The notes beneath the pieces were generated by a model that did no database searches, was not told the DNA's origin, and saw nothing but the letters and a program-made list of their open reading frames with translations. A DNA stretch of 64,000 nucleotides from Myxococcota bacterium (GTDB lineage: Bacteria; Myxococcota_A; UBA796; CAJQPC01). This document shows positions 8,980 through 18,080 of the stretch, one piece after another (the first letter of the stretch is position 1; each line of letters opens with the position of its first letter). The position numbers and the translations under genes were made by a program. The stretch covers positions 1 to 64,000 of the forward strand of contig JAZAMN010000050.1 in the NCBI GenBank assembly GCA_036229005.1, in the 5' to 3' direction.

Positions 8980-9845
8980 TTGCCGTCCCCGTCCTTGCCT
9001 CCGGTGAGCGCGGCATAGGGGCTCGCCTCTTCGGTGGCCCCCACGAACTGCAGGAGCTCGTTCGCTGCGCGCTCAACGGAGCGGTTGAGCTGGTCGTACA
9101 GGGCGGAGAGCAGGCGAACGCGCTCCAAGGTGGTGGACGGGCGCATCTGGATCTGCAGCCGGGCAGACTGGAGCGCCGCGGCAGCGACAGTCTGGTAGCG
9201 CACCCAGTTCCGGCCCAGGACCTGCCGATCCCAGACCGAGCCCTCGGGCTCAGCCCGCCAGATGGTCTGCTCAAGCTGTTCGAACTGCTTGAGCAGGTTC
9301 CGGATGGCGGTGTGGTCGGGGGCCCAGACGCGTCGGAGGTCCGTGATCCAGTCCTTGCCATTCCCCAAGGAGATCGCGAGGGGCAGCAGGTGTGCGTCGT
9401 CCATCCGGTCGGGCTTCACGAAGCCCAGCCGTGCAGAGACCACCTCATGGGCGACAGCAAGCTGCGCGCCCTCACCGGCGTCGATCTGGGGGACCAGGGC
9501 CAAAACGCCACGCACTGCAGAGCCGGCAGCCGTAGGCCACTTGACCTTCAGGGGCTTCTCGACTCGCAGCAGGTATCGGCGACCTGCGCGGCTGCTCACG
9601 ATCGCCGTGCCCGGGCTGACCACTGCGGAGTCTGCGCGAGAGTCCGGACGGACAGTGCCCGGAGGGCCTCCGGCGGTCCACTCTCCGTCGAGCTCCAGAC
9701 CATCCATGATCAGACCGCTGGAGCCGGGCCAGGCCCACTCCAGGAAGGTCGACATCAGCCGGTTCTCACCAGTGGAGATGGCCTGCAGGGATTCGAGATC
9801 GAGGAGGGCGCCCTCGGCGGGGCGGAAGACGGCGTTCTGTCTCAC
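8976..9845 (-). CDS. Baseplate-associated protein, possibly TssK-like (shoulder plus helical neck)
   Basis: 289 aa directly after the wedge genes; FRPAEGALLDLESLQ, GLIMDGLEL and HLLPLAI...WITDLRRVWAP followed by amphipathic helices resemble TssK/fibre-shoulder patterns (by eye only). Confidence 0.5.
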   Translation of the reverse strand: MRQNAVFRPAEGALLDLESLQAISTGENRLMSTFLEWAWPGSSGLIMDGLELDGEWTAGGPPGTVRPDSRADSAVVSPGTAIVSSRAGRRYLLRVEKPLKVKWPTAAGSAVRGVLALVPQIDAGEGAQLAVAHEVVSARLGFVKPDRMDDAHLLPLAISLGNGKDWITDLRRVWAPDHTAIRNLLKQFEQLEQTIWRAEPEGSVWDRQVLGRNWVRYQTVAAAALQSARLQIQMRPSTTLERVRLLSALYDQLNRSVERAANELLQFVGATEEASPYAALTGGKDGDGK

Positions 9846-10642
9846 GGGCGACTCTCAGAAGGAATGACCAGGCGAAGGGCGACCCAGGTCGGAAGCAATC
9901 GCAGTAGCTGTCGGGGGAGCGGGCGCTCGCCGTCCCAGCGAAGGAGGATGTCCTCTCGCCGCAGAGGGTACTGGTGCTCAGCTTTCTCAGCTTGGAACTT
10001 GAGAACCCCCCCAGAGATGCGGTAGGCCGGAGCGCTGGCCTTCTCGGAGCGCTCCTCCCACCACTGGCTGGAGTGGCAGACGAAGGCTTCGTTCAGGATG
10101 CCATCGGGGTTTGTGCCGTCTCGATCGGCGGTCGCGACCCCCTCCAATTGGTGGAGGTCTTCGGTGCTCTCCAGCACCTCGCGCGCCCTCTCGACGGTCC
10201 CCCGCGACGGGTACCACTGAGGAAGTTGTGCCGCCAGACGTGCGAGGATCTCCGGATCATCCCGGTGCAGGTCTTGATCCACACCGAATGCTTCCACCAG
10301 GGTTGCCAGCAGGTGGGGGAGCGGGGTCAGGGGGCTCCAGAGCCGCTCCCGGTTGGCGATCAGCCACTCGGAGCGGGCCATCAGCAGGAGCAGGGCCTCC
10401 TGCAGGGTGACCTCGCCGTCGGCCTGAGCCTGAATGACTGCATTGGTCATCAGGCTGGGGAGGAATGCCGCGTAGGGGAGGTGGGAAAACTGTCGCTTCC
10501 CCTCCTCGTCCTGAATCTGGGTGTACGGCGCGATCTGGGTGTCCAGAGAGCTGTCGACCCAATCCAGCGCCTCCAGGGTTCCGGCTGCGCTGCGATGGGC
10601 CCACTCCAGGCCTGCGGTTCGCGCCGCGAGGTCCTGACTCAC
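9842..10642 (-). CDS. Baseplate wedge protein, P2 gpI / T4 gp7 / TssG-like
   Basis: SPLTPLPHLLATLVEAFG...LPQWYPSRGTVERAREVLE matches the tail-protein-I pattern (DP..AP..FL.WLA...Y..RGT...L); follows baseplate J. Confidence 0.7.
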   Translation of the reverse strand: MSQDLAARTAGLEWAHRSAAGTLEALDWVDSSLDTQIAPYTQIQDEEGKRQFSHLPYAAFLPSLMTNAVIQAQADGEVTLQEALLLLMARSEWLIANRERLWSPLTPLPHLLATLVEAFGVDQDLHRDDPEILARLAAQLPQWYPSRGTVERAREVLESTEDLHQLEGVATADRDGTNPDGILNEAFVCHSSQWWEERSEKASAPAYRISGGVLKFQAEKAEHQYPLRREDILLRWDGERPLPRQLLRLLPTWVALRLVIPSESRP

Positions 10643-13101
10643 GAGATCCCCCGGAGGCTCTGCCGCTCAACGACGCCGGCGTTGAGCATCAACAGCGCCT
10701 TGGGAACGGGAGCGCTCCGGCCGGTGGAATCCACCAACTGGCCGGACATCTCCGAGGTGACGAAGGAGGGGAAGTGCAGCGCCTGGTTCTCCGGGCCCTG
10801 GAGGGTCAGGGGCCAGAAGCGGGTCACGATGGCCCCCCGGATCGTGGGCAACCGCCTGGCCTGACGCCGGATCTCCTGCTGGATAGCCTGGCGCGCCCAG
10901 TCGAGGTCCTCGTCAGCGAGCAGGCCATCTTTCGGCCCAAGGACAACCAGGAGCTGCTCCGGACCGGCGCTGTCGAGCTGACGTCGCAGAGACACAGTCT
11001 CCCTGTCCTCGTCCTCGCCGGGGCCTGCAGAAGGCCAGAGTGCGGTGGAGGCCAGAGCCCGCTCGGAGTAGGTCCAGATCCGGACCACCCAATCCTGGCC
11101 TCGTCGGCCAATCGCGGTGCGGCACATCGCCTCGAAGTCCGCAGGGAGGACGGCGGTCCCACCCCCAGGCGTGAACAGCCGGCTGGTGGCGCTCTCCTCC
11201 GTCTCTCGATCCATGCCGAGGAAGGTGCTGGTCGGGTTGGTGCAGGCGAAGATGCGGGGGTTGGCCATCATCTCCTGCTCGACCAGGCGGATGCTGCCCG
11301 CAGGGACCTCACCACCGGCGCCGTCGGTGCGGCGGTACCACTCCAGGTTGATGGCGGTGCCTGGCCGGAAGGGGCGGCGGATGCCCTGCTCATCAGGTGC
11401 GTTCAGGGTCATCTCGCCAGCGGTGGGGTCCACGCTGACTCCAGCGAAGTCCTCCAGCGGCTCCCGTCCGTCCACGTCGAAGCTGGACAGGGCGAAACCA
11501 CGGAGGATGCGGGCTGCGTCCCGGGGGAGGGGACCATCCACCATACGCGCCATGACCTGACCGGTCACCAGATCCTCGGAGAGCAGCGAGACACCCTCGG
11601 GCACGTTCCGCTCGACCAGGATGGTTCGGCCGTCCATCACGGGGGGCGCGTTGATGACCATCGTCACGTTGGCGAAGAGACCACGGGGGCGCCCCTCGAT
11701 CGAGAACAGCAGCCCCACGAGCTCCTGCGGCGTGGTGATGTCCAGGGCGACCATGAGCTCCATGCGAGAGCCGCGGCGGGGAGGGGGCGAGGGCAATCGC
11801 CAAGCGACCCGGACCTTGAGGGGCTCGCGGGTCATGCTCCCGTCCTCCAGCAGCCCGTAGGCACGGAAAATGGGCAGGTCGTCGGGCTTGGAGCCGTCCT
11901 CCAGGAGCAGGCCCAGGCGGAGGGTCCCCAGCTCCCGGTTGCTGCTGGAGAGGTCGATGTGGGCGATGGTGGTCTGGTCGCCACGGCGGAGCTGGCTGTA
12001 GATGCCAGCCTCGAGCGCGGCGCCCACCCAGGTAGGCTGGGGGACTCCGGTCTCCTCGGCGTGGCCGAAGTACCTGCGGATCGCAGGCTTCATCGGGGCG
12101 AGCCGGGTGTCCATGTTGGTCAGCGTGGTCCAGATCGCGTCCACGACCGGTGCGGGGAGGGGCTGCGCGCGGCGGACGAGGATGTCCTTGGTGTCCAGGT
12201 TCTCCGGCATGTCCGGGAGCAGGAAGGTCCCCTCCTCCGGGCCGGGCAGCGGACGACGGCCTCGCATGGTCGCGGGGATGAGCGGGTGGCTGCTGCAGAC
12301 CACGGGCGGGGACCAGGTGCTCCCGTCCAGGGTGCCCCAGTTGCCGATGAGATCGCCGAAGGGGGTCAGGCCTGCGGGGGCGACTTCGTCGAACGCCGCG
12401 GAGACATCCGGGACCGCCTTGACGATGATCCGGTCCTTGCCCGAGCGCTCAGCGCTCAGACGCAGCCAGCCGAGCTTCTTCTCCTCGAAGCGCTCGATGA
12501 CCCGCTCCAGAGTCTCCATCAGCTTGTCGACGTTGTTGGTGACGAGCACGTACTCGACGCGCTCGTGGTCGAAGACGCGGGCGGGCTGCCGCTCACCAGG
12601 GATGACCTGGAGCGCGTCGATCCCGTTGTCACCCTTGGGCTGGCCTGCGGTCTGCAGGACATCCTGCGCGATCTCAGCCAAGGAGAGGAACTTGGCGCGT
12701 CGCAGGGTGGCGCCGGACTCCGCGGGAACGAAGGCGACGATGTCGGTCTCTTCGGTCTGCTTGGTGAAGAAGCGGTACTTCTTGGGGAGCTTGCGGCTGA
12801 CCTCGAGGACACCCTCGATGGAGGGCTCCAGAATCAGGGTGCCGAGCGCAGGCTGTGCAGGGAGCAGATGCCCCCCCATCATGTGCACGAAGTGCTGGAC
12901 CACCGAGAAGGGGTAGCTGTCCAACTGCTCGGACATCATCTCCAGCATCCAGGCGGCCTGCTCCAGCATCAGCCAGGCGGGATCGGTGGGGTCGTGGCTG
13001 GACTCAGCGAGAGCAGGGTTGATCTGGCTCAAGCGATCGCGGACGTCACGCAAGAGCTCGTCGGCGTCAACCTTCAGCTGTCCGGGAGGGGGTACGCGCA
13101 C
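10639..13101 (-). CDS. Baseplate J/gp6-like wedge protein (Afp11-like)
   Basis: N-terminal HDPTDPAWLMLEQAAWMLEMMSEQLDSYP...PAQPA; C-terminal YRRTDGAGGEV, GMDRET, AVLPADFE. Confidence 0.88.
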   Translation of the reverse strand: MRVPPPGQLKVDADELLRDVRDRLSQINPALAESSHDPTDPAWLMLEQAAWMLEMMSEQLDSYPFSVVQHFVHMMGGHLLPAQPALGTLILEPSIEGVLEVSRKLPKKYRFFTKQTEETDIVAFVPAESGATLRRAKFLSLAEIAQDVLQTAGQPKGDNGIDALQVIPGERQPARVFDHERVEYVLVTNNVDKLMETLERVIERFEEKKLGWLRLSAERSGKDRIIVKAVPDVSAAFDEVAPAGLTPFGDLIGNWGTLDGSTWSPPVVCSSHPLIPATMRGRRPLPGPEEGTFLLPDMPENLDTKDILVRRAQPLPAPVVDAIWTTLTNMDTRLAPMKPAIRRYFGHAEETGVPQPTWVGAALEAGIYSQLRRGDQTTIAHIDLSSSNRELGTLRLGLLLEDGSKPDDLPIFRAYGLLEDGSMTREPLKVRVAWRLPSPPPRRGSRMELMVALDITTPQELVGLLFSIEGRPRGLFANVTMVINAPPVMDGRTILVERNVPEGVSLLSEDLVTGQVMARMVDGPLPRDAARILRGFALSSFDVDGREPLEDFAGVSVDPTAGEMTLNAPDEQGIRRPFRPGTAINLEWYRRTDGAGGEVPAGSIRLVEQEMMANPRIFACTNPTSTFLGMDRETEESATSRLFTPGGGTAVLPADFEAMCRTAIGRRGQDWVVRIWTYSERALASTALWPSAGPGEDEDRETVSLRRQLDSAGPEQLLVVLGPKDGLLADEDLDWARQAIQQEIRRQARRLPTIRGAIVTRFWPLTLQGPENQALHFPSFVTSEMSGQLVDSTGRSAPVPKALLMLNAGVVERQSLRGIS

Positions 13102-13109
13102 TGCTTACC

Positions 13110-13532
13110 TCAGTTGTCGACGAGGGCCTGGATCGTCAGGATCCCGGCGTCGGTTTGGATGTCTACGTCCACCTGGAGCACTGCCGCGGCGCCAGTGCCG
13201 ACCAGGGCGCGCTCGGCGACAGGGATCTCGGGAAGGTGGAAGCGGTCTCGGCTGCCGCTCTGAGGGACCGCGTTCACCCGCACTCCCGCGACCTCTACAT
13301 CAGGGAGGAAGCGGGAGAGGGCTCGCTGAACCTCATACCGGGCCTGGACGACGCTGGCCTTGGACGCCTGGGCGCCCAGCATGCCTTCCAGGTTGCACCC
13401 GAACTCAGGGCGCCAAGGGATCTGTCCTGGACGGGTCTGTAGCACCATCCGGATGCGGTCCACCAGAGCCTCTTCCTCGGACTGGTGGGGCCGCAGGACC
13501 CCCAGCGGGACGCTGTTCTGCAGACGTGGCAT
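13110..13532 (-). CDS. GPW/gp25 family baseplate protein (Afp9/TssE-like)
   Basis: IRMVLQTRPGQIPWRPEFGCNL...ALSRFLPDV, the gp25 T.PGER..RP.FG motif. Confidence 0.9.
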   Translation of the reverse strand: MPRLQNSVPLGVLRPHQSEEEALVDRIRMVLQTRPGQIPWRPEFGCNLEGMLGAQASKASVVQARYEVQRALSRFLPDVEVAGVRVNAVPQSGSRDRFHLPEIPVAERALVGTGAAAVLQVDVDIQTDAGILTIQALVDN

Positions 13533-14608
13533 CAGGGACCCGTGGGGAGGCTGTCGGAAACGATGTCCAAGGTGGTCTTGAAGCCAGCGCCAGGGGCGAT
13601 GGAGTGGTTCACCTGGTTGACAAAGAAGTCTCCGGAGAGGGGCCAGTGGCCGTCCTTGACGGTGACCTTGGAGCCAGCGTGGATGTCCGGCCGCCCATAG
13701 AGGGTGACCTTCCCCTTGATGAAGCTCATGTTGGATTCCTTGAGCTTGCCCTCGGCCTCCTGCTTGAGCTCCGAGCTGCTCCTGTCCACTTGGGCGGGCA
13801 GGAACATCATCCGGTCGGTCTTCCAGGCGCTGGAGACGAATTCAGCGCCGGTCTTCCCGCCCGAGTAGGCTTTGAGGGCGCCCTTGTCTGCCTCGGCCTT
13901 GATGTCTTCGACGGCCTTGCTGTCGTAGGCCACCGTCATCACCTTGGAGTAGACCCCGGAGATGTCGGCGGTGAGGTTCATCGACACCACGTCCTTCTTC
14001 CAGGAGACCGAAGCGCTGGACTTGGCCGCATGGTCAGCGACCGTGGGCATGAAGTGGAGCTTTCCGTCGAGCTCGCGGACGGCGAAGCCCACCTTCTTTG
14101 CGAACTCTGAGAGGAAGGCCAGGTCTTCCTTCTCGTTCTGCTGGAGCTCCTTGTCCGTCGGCTGGTACTCAAGGATGTCGCCTGCTGAGAGGCCGACCTC
14201 AGATGCCATCGTGCTGATGGCGTCCTTGAGGCTCTGCCAGTTGGCCTCGTTCGGGACGCGTCCCCTCCGAAGCTTGGCGAGCTGGTCGACGCCGGTGAGG
14301 GTGATCTTCCAGGTGGCGTCTCGCCCAAAGTCATGGGTCATCCCCATGAGCATGCCCTTGTACTGCTTGGACTTGACTCCTCCGGAGACACACTCGAAGC
14401 AGTACTCGGCGCCGATCCACTTCTCGCTGGCCTTGATCAAGGTGTAGCGGTCTGCGGTCATCGGGACGGAGAACTCGATTGTGATTGCATCGAGCGCCGA
14501 GACGGACTCGGACATCTCAATGCGGATCATGTGCTCCATGAGCTCCTTGTCCAGCTCCGCGTCGGCGATCTTCAGCGTGAACGCGGGAGGGAGTGCGGAT
14601 GCAGGCAT
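13532..14608 (-). CDS. Phage late control D / gp27-like baseplate hub
   Basis: QQNEKEDLAFLSEFAKKVGF, GKVTLYGRPDIHAGSKVTV...SGDFFVNQVNHSI...GFKTTL. Confidence 0.85.
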   Translation of the reverse strand: MPASALPPAFTLKIADAELDKELMEHMIRIEMSESVSALDAITIEFSVPMTADRYTLIKASEKWIGAEYCFECVSGGVKSKQYKGMLMGMTHDFGRDATWKITLTGVDQLAKLRRGRVPNEANWQSLKDAISTMASEVGLSAGDILEYQPTDKELQQNEKEDLAFLSEFAKKVGFAVRELDGKLHFMPTVADHAAKSSASVSWKKDVVSMNLTADISGVYSKVMTVAYDSKAVEDIKAEADKGALKAYSGGKTGAEFVSSAWKTDRMMFLPAQVDRSSSELKQEAEGKLKESNMSFIKGKVTLYGRPDIHAGSKVTVKDGHWPLSGDFFVNQVNHSIAPGAGFKTTLDIVSDSLPTGP

Positions 14609-14617
14609 CGGCTCCCC

Positions 14618-15319
14618 CTACTTGAGCAGTGACGCAAGGATATCCTTGCGCGATGCGGAGGTCTTTGAGCCTGCGTTGCCCGAGGCCGACTGCTTTCCGG
14701 GGGTGTAGTCACCGTCCAGGAGAGAGTCGACGTCAGAGGCTGCGCCCATCGCGCGGCCCTGGAGCTTGAGGCTGCTCTGGACCCGACGAACGCCGCCTTC
14801 CTCGTCGAAGAGGAGGAACTCGTTGGTCAGGCTGGTGATGAAGCCCTGGAACTCGAAGGGCCCCCAGACGAATGCCACAGCGGGCGGACGGATCTGGGGC
14901 TCGGAGTCCGAGCCGAAGTTGAAGGGCAGGGTCAGCCGGTGGAGTTGGGTCACCTTGTCGAGCGCCGTGCGGTCCGACGGCGTGGGCTGCATCGACTCGG
15001 GGAGCTGGCTCTGCAGGCCTGATCGGACCAGGTTGGCCGGGGAGGGCATGAAGTCGGCTGCCTTGGTCTCGCTGCGGTCCTCGCTCTCGTCAAAGAGGAG
15101 AGTGACCTCGAGCTCGTCGACCTTGCCGGTCTTGAAGGCCATGCGCTGCCAGGCGTGGCCCATCGCGATGCTCTGCTCCAAGGCCCACTCGGTCGCCCGG
15201 GTGTACTTGAAGGAGGTCGGGTTGAAGTCCGCGACGACGTTCCAGTCGGCGTTGTCCAGGCAGTAGATGGAGGCCTTGGGCTTGTCGCTGCCACCACCGA
15301 AGAGGCTGGAGAAGTTCAT
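14618..15319 (-). CDS. CIS tube initiator (Afp7/gp48-like N-terminal domain), no evident LysM
   Basis: FNPTSFKYTR, LEVTLLFD, RPPAVAFVWG..F.GFITSL...FLLFD..G...R. Confidence 0.85.
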   Translation of the reverse strand: MNFSSLFGGGSDKPKASIYCLDNADWNVVADFNPTSFKYTRATEWALEQSIAMGHAWQRMAFKTGKVDELEVTLLFDESEDRSETKAADFMPSPANLVRSGLQSQLPESMQPTPSDRTALDKVTQLHRLTLPFNFGSDSEPQIRPPAVAFVWGPFEFQGFITSLTNEFLLFDEEGGVRRVQSSLKLQGRAMGAASDVDSLLDGDYTPGKQSASGNAGSKTSASRKDILASLLK

Positions 15320-15328
15320 GATGGCCTC

Positions 15329-16123
15329 CTAGAAGAACGCCGCAACGGGCGGCACGGGGACGGTGGAGAGGGACTCGAAGGCGAAGGTCAGCTCGTCGAC
15401 GGAGACCGCGCTGGACATGGAGTCCATGTTCGGGGCCTTCCAGCTCACTGGCACGCAGCCGCCCATCCGGTACATCCGGATTGGGGAGTGGTTCCGGTCC
15501 AGGTGGATGATGGTGACGGACTTCTTGAACTTGGTCCCGGCGATGAGCGAGTTCATCCACATGGAGAACTGGACATCCCAGATGAGGCCAGACTTGAGCG
15601 TGACCTTGCCGTACCCGGTCTTGTCGAAGAGCAGGTGAGGACCGTCGTTCTTGCCGCCTTCCTGGTACTCCATCGGGGTGTGGGTCACCTCGATGCCGGA
15701 GACCGCCGCGAACTCACCGATGGGGTTGATTCCCAGGAGGACGTGAAAGTTGTAGCCGGGATGGATCGGGAAGAGCTTGGAGAGGTGGTCGGTGACGCCC
15801 ACCGAGCCGATTGCCCGGGGAGTGATGGGGGTCGCCTCCGCCTCCGGGATGTTCTGCTCTTCTGCGATGGTCTGGAGTTCGGTGTCGATCGCGCCCCAGT
15901 TGGCCTGACCGATGGCCCGGGCCTCAAGCTGGGCAGCCTCCTGCTCCTCGATGACGCCCAGGATTGCGCTGGTCTCGAGGTCCTTGGCGGTCGGATCCAT
16001 CGCCTGGATGATCTGAAGGACCCGGTCTTTCTCCGAGTCCTCCATGGGTCTTGGTTCGGCTCCAATCTGGTCTGACACCAGGGCTTCGATCAGAGCGGCT
16101 GTAGAGTTGGACATTTCGGCCAT
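15329..16123 (-). CDS. gp19-family tube-like protein (Afp5-like) with ~115-aa N-terminal extension
   Basis: C-terminal YNFHV...EFAAVSGIEV..MEYQEGG.N...YGKVTLKSG...PVSWKAP.M...VSVDELTFAFE; TGATG coupling. Confidence 0.85.
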   Translation of the reverse strand: MAEMSNSTAALIEALVSDQIGAEPRPMEDSEKDRVLQIIQAMDPTAKDLETSAILGVIEEQEAAQLEARAIGQANWGAIDTELQTIAEEQNIPEAEATPITPRAIGSVGVTDHLSKLFPIHPGYNFHVLLGINPIGEFAAVSGIEVTHTPMEYQEGGKNDGPHLLFDKTGYGKVTLKSGLIWDVQFSMWMNSLIAGTKFKKSVTIIHLDRNHSPIRMYRMGGCVPVSWKAPNMDSMSSAVSVDELTFAFESLSTVPVPPVAAFF

Positions 16124-17385
16124 CAGGACACCTCAACATCGGGCGAATCGCCCGGTTTCAGGGAGACCCTCACCTTGACATCTCGCTGCCAGGGCACCAA
16201 CTGCAGGGTGACCTGCGCATTCAGGTTTGGTGCGATGGGGTTGGCGTCTGCCGCGGTTTGGATCTCGGGGGGACCGCCACCCGGTCCAGGCTCGATGATG
16301 CTGTTGCGAACGAACGGCATCATGGCCTCCTGGAGGGCGGTCTGGAGGGCGATGGCGTGGGTAGCGTCCGCGTTGCGGAAGAGCAGTTGCTCCGAGGCCT
16401 GCTGTAGACGCTGGTGAATGGTCTTGACGGTCCGTAGACAGGGGAGGGGCCACTCACCGAGAGGTCGACGGAAGCTGCCCTCGCTCTCGATGCTCACGTG
16501 GTCGCTGCCCCGGCGAATCGCCAGGCGGACCTGGAACTCCTCGAGAGGGTCAGGCTCAGGCCTGGTTCGGGTCAATTGGAGCTCGGCCATCCGAGTCGCC
16601 ATCAGGGTTCGACGACCTCCGGGCAGTGGGAGGCGTCGCCCCACCAACGGAAGGCTCATCTCGTTTCGGCTGCCCGCGAGCGCGGAGGCGACCAGGGTTG
16701 CGCCACTCCGCCATGCGTGGGCTTCCATGCGATGTGGTGCACCTGTCCAGCGGACGAGGGCCGCATCGATCCCGATAAGGCGGGTCATCGCCGCCCTGAG
16801 CTCGGGGGCCGGACCCTCAGGGAGGTCGATACAGGCCACCTGGTAGCGCTCTGCCCAAGGAGCGGAGAGCTTCCTGGTTGCGACCACCATGCGCTTGAGC
16901 CTGCTGACGATGCCCGGGTCCGTGCCGGGACCGACAGGGATGGGCCCGCCAAGGTCAGGGAATACCAGCACCGCACCGGGCTGGTGGAAGAGCATCGAGT
17001 CCACAACGGAGATGAAGTCCGCGTTGTCGAGCTCCCAGGGCTTCACGCCTGGAATCCTGGCCAGGACGATGTCTACGGAGGACGCACCACCGGCGAGCGC
17101 GAGCTGGACCGAGTCCTTCATGCGCGAGGGCAGGGAGGACTGGAGGCCGGGCAGCCACCGGGCGGAGCTGGCGGTTCCGAGCCGGATGTGCTCGGCGCCC
17201 ATGCTGGTTCCACCCTTGGTCGCTCGGATGAGGTTCTCAGGGTAGAGCTGCGCCAAGAGGGGGTGGTCGGGCGGAGCGATCCCTACGAGCAACAATGGGG
17301 CGCTCCCGGCGCGGTCGCGTCCTGTGTGGACGCTTCCGACCTGGACCTGGACCCGTTGAGGCACTGCTGGCAGCTGTGGGTTCAC
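16123..17385 (-). CDS. Degenerate second sheath-like protein
   Basis: C-terminal LRTVKTIHQRLQQASEQLLFRNAD...ALQEAMMPFVRNSII...LNAQVTLQLVPWQRDVKVRV parallels the sheath C-terminal domain; SVQLALAGGAS resembles the sheath FF.NGG motif. Confidence 0.6.
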   Translation of the reverse strand: MNPQLPAVPQRVQVQVGSVHTGRDRAGSAPLLLVGIAPPDHPLLAQLYPENLIRATKGGTSMGAEHIRLGTASSARWLPGLQSSLPSRMKDSVQLALAGGASSVDIVLARIPGVKPWELDNADFISVVDSMLFHQPGAVLVFPDLGGPIPVGPGTDPGIVSRLKRMVVATRKLSAPWAERYQVACIDLPEGPAPELRAAMTRLIGIDAALVRWTGAPHRMEAHAWRSGATLVASALAGSRNEMSLPLVGRRLPLPGGRRTLMATRMAELQLTRTRPEPDPLEEFQVRLAIRRGSDHVSIESEGSFRRPLGEWPLPCLRTVKTIHQRLQQASEQLLFRNADATHAIALQTALQEAMMPFVRNSIIEPGPGGGPPEIQTAADANPIAPNLNAQVTLQLVPWQRDVKVRVSLKPGDSPDVEVS

Positions 17386-17391
17386 GCTCTC

Positions 17392-17559
17392 TTACTTCTC
17401 CGAGTTCAGTACTCGCCGGTTGATCTGACTGACCTGGCCTACCCAAGCGACGCGTTCCTGGTGTGAAAGATCCAGGATCTCCGCCAGGCTCCAGTGGAGG
17501 TGGTAGGCGATGAATGCCACCTCACTACGGACCTGGTCGATCGGGTAGGCCACAGTCAC
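17392..17559 (-). CDS. DUF6760-type small CIS protein (gpT-like partner of the tail chaperone)
   Basis: Not in the ORF track; manual translation MTVAYPIDQVRSEVAFIAYHLHWSLAEILDLSHQERVAWVGQVSQINRRVLNSEK has the EVA.IAYH.HW...EIL.L.H.ER..WV signature. Confidence 0.85.
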   Translation of the reverse strand: MTVAYPIDQVRSEVAFIAYHLHWSLAEILDLSHQERVAWVGQVSQINRRVLNSEK

Positions 17560-17906
17560 CCCGATGGCTCGGAGTCGTCAGGCTCCGGGATGGCATCTTG
17601 GCCATAGGTGATTCGATAGATGGCGTACTCAAGTGCGCGGACATCCTGGGCGTGAAGCCGGGTGATGTCGTCGACAGTGACCAATCCCCGAGGCCCAAGC
17701 TTGGTGACACAGCGGGCCAGGAGCAGGGTCTTGTAGATGAGGTCGTTGGGGTTCTTGTTGTACTCCGGCGACATGCCGATGTAGAGCTCGTCCCCGCCGG
17801 TGACCGGACGGACCTCGGCTTCCTTGAACAACTCGTTGCTGATGGGGTCCTCGTATCCAACGGGGAGGCTGACCTTCTCCCGGTACGAGGTGACCTTCTT
17901 GCTCAT
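17556..17906 (-). CDS. Tail assembly chaperone-like protein
   Basis: ATG 17906 with GGAGAG RBS; LPVGYED, VRPVTGGDEL, LLLARCVTKLG, L...D...L...Y; directly after the tube gene. Confidence 0.8.
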   Translation of the reverse strand: MSKKVTSYREKVSLPVGYEDPISNELFKEAEVRPVTGGDELYIGMSPEYNKNPNDLIYKTLLLARCVTKLGPRGLVTVDDITRLHAQDVRALEYAIYRITYGQDAIPEPDDSEPSG

Positions 17907-18020
17907 CCGGTCTCTCCACTTGTGTGCCGTCACAGCGCTGCCCGTCAGGGCATGTTCTGAGACATCAAGGTGGCCGAACCTCTACCTGAGCGGTGAGTCC
18001 CGACCACCTGGATGTCCCGC

Positions 18021-18075
18021 GGGGCCCGGAGGCCCCGAAGGATGAAGGGGGAGGCGACCGAAGCCGCCCAACCCC
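18021..18075 (-). terminator. Stem-loops downstream of the tube gene (stabiliser or partial terminator)
   Basis: Minus strand GGGCGGC-TTCG-GTCGCCT (cUUCGg tetraloop) followed by GGGGCC-TCCG-GGCCCC; no clear U-tract. Confidence 0.5.
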
Positions 18076-18080
18076 GCCTG

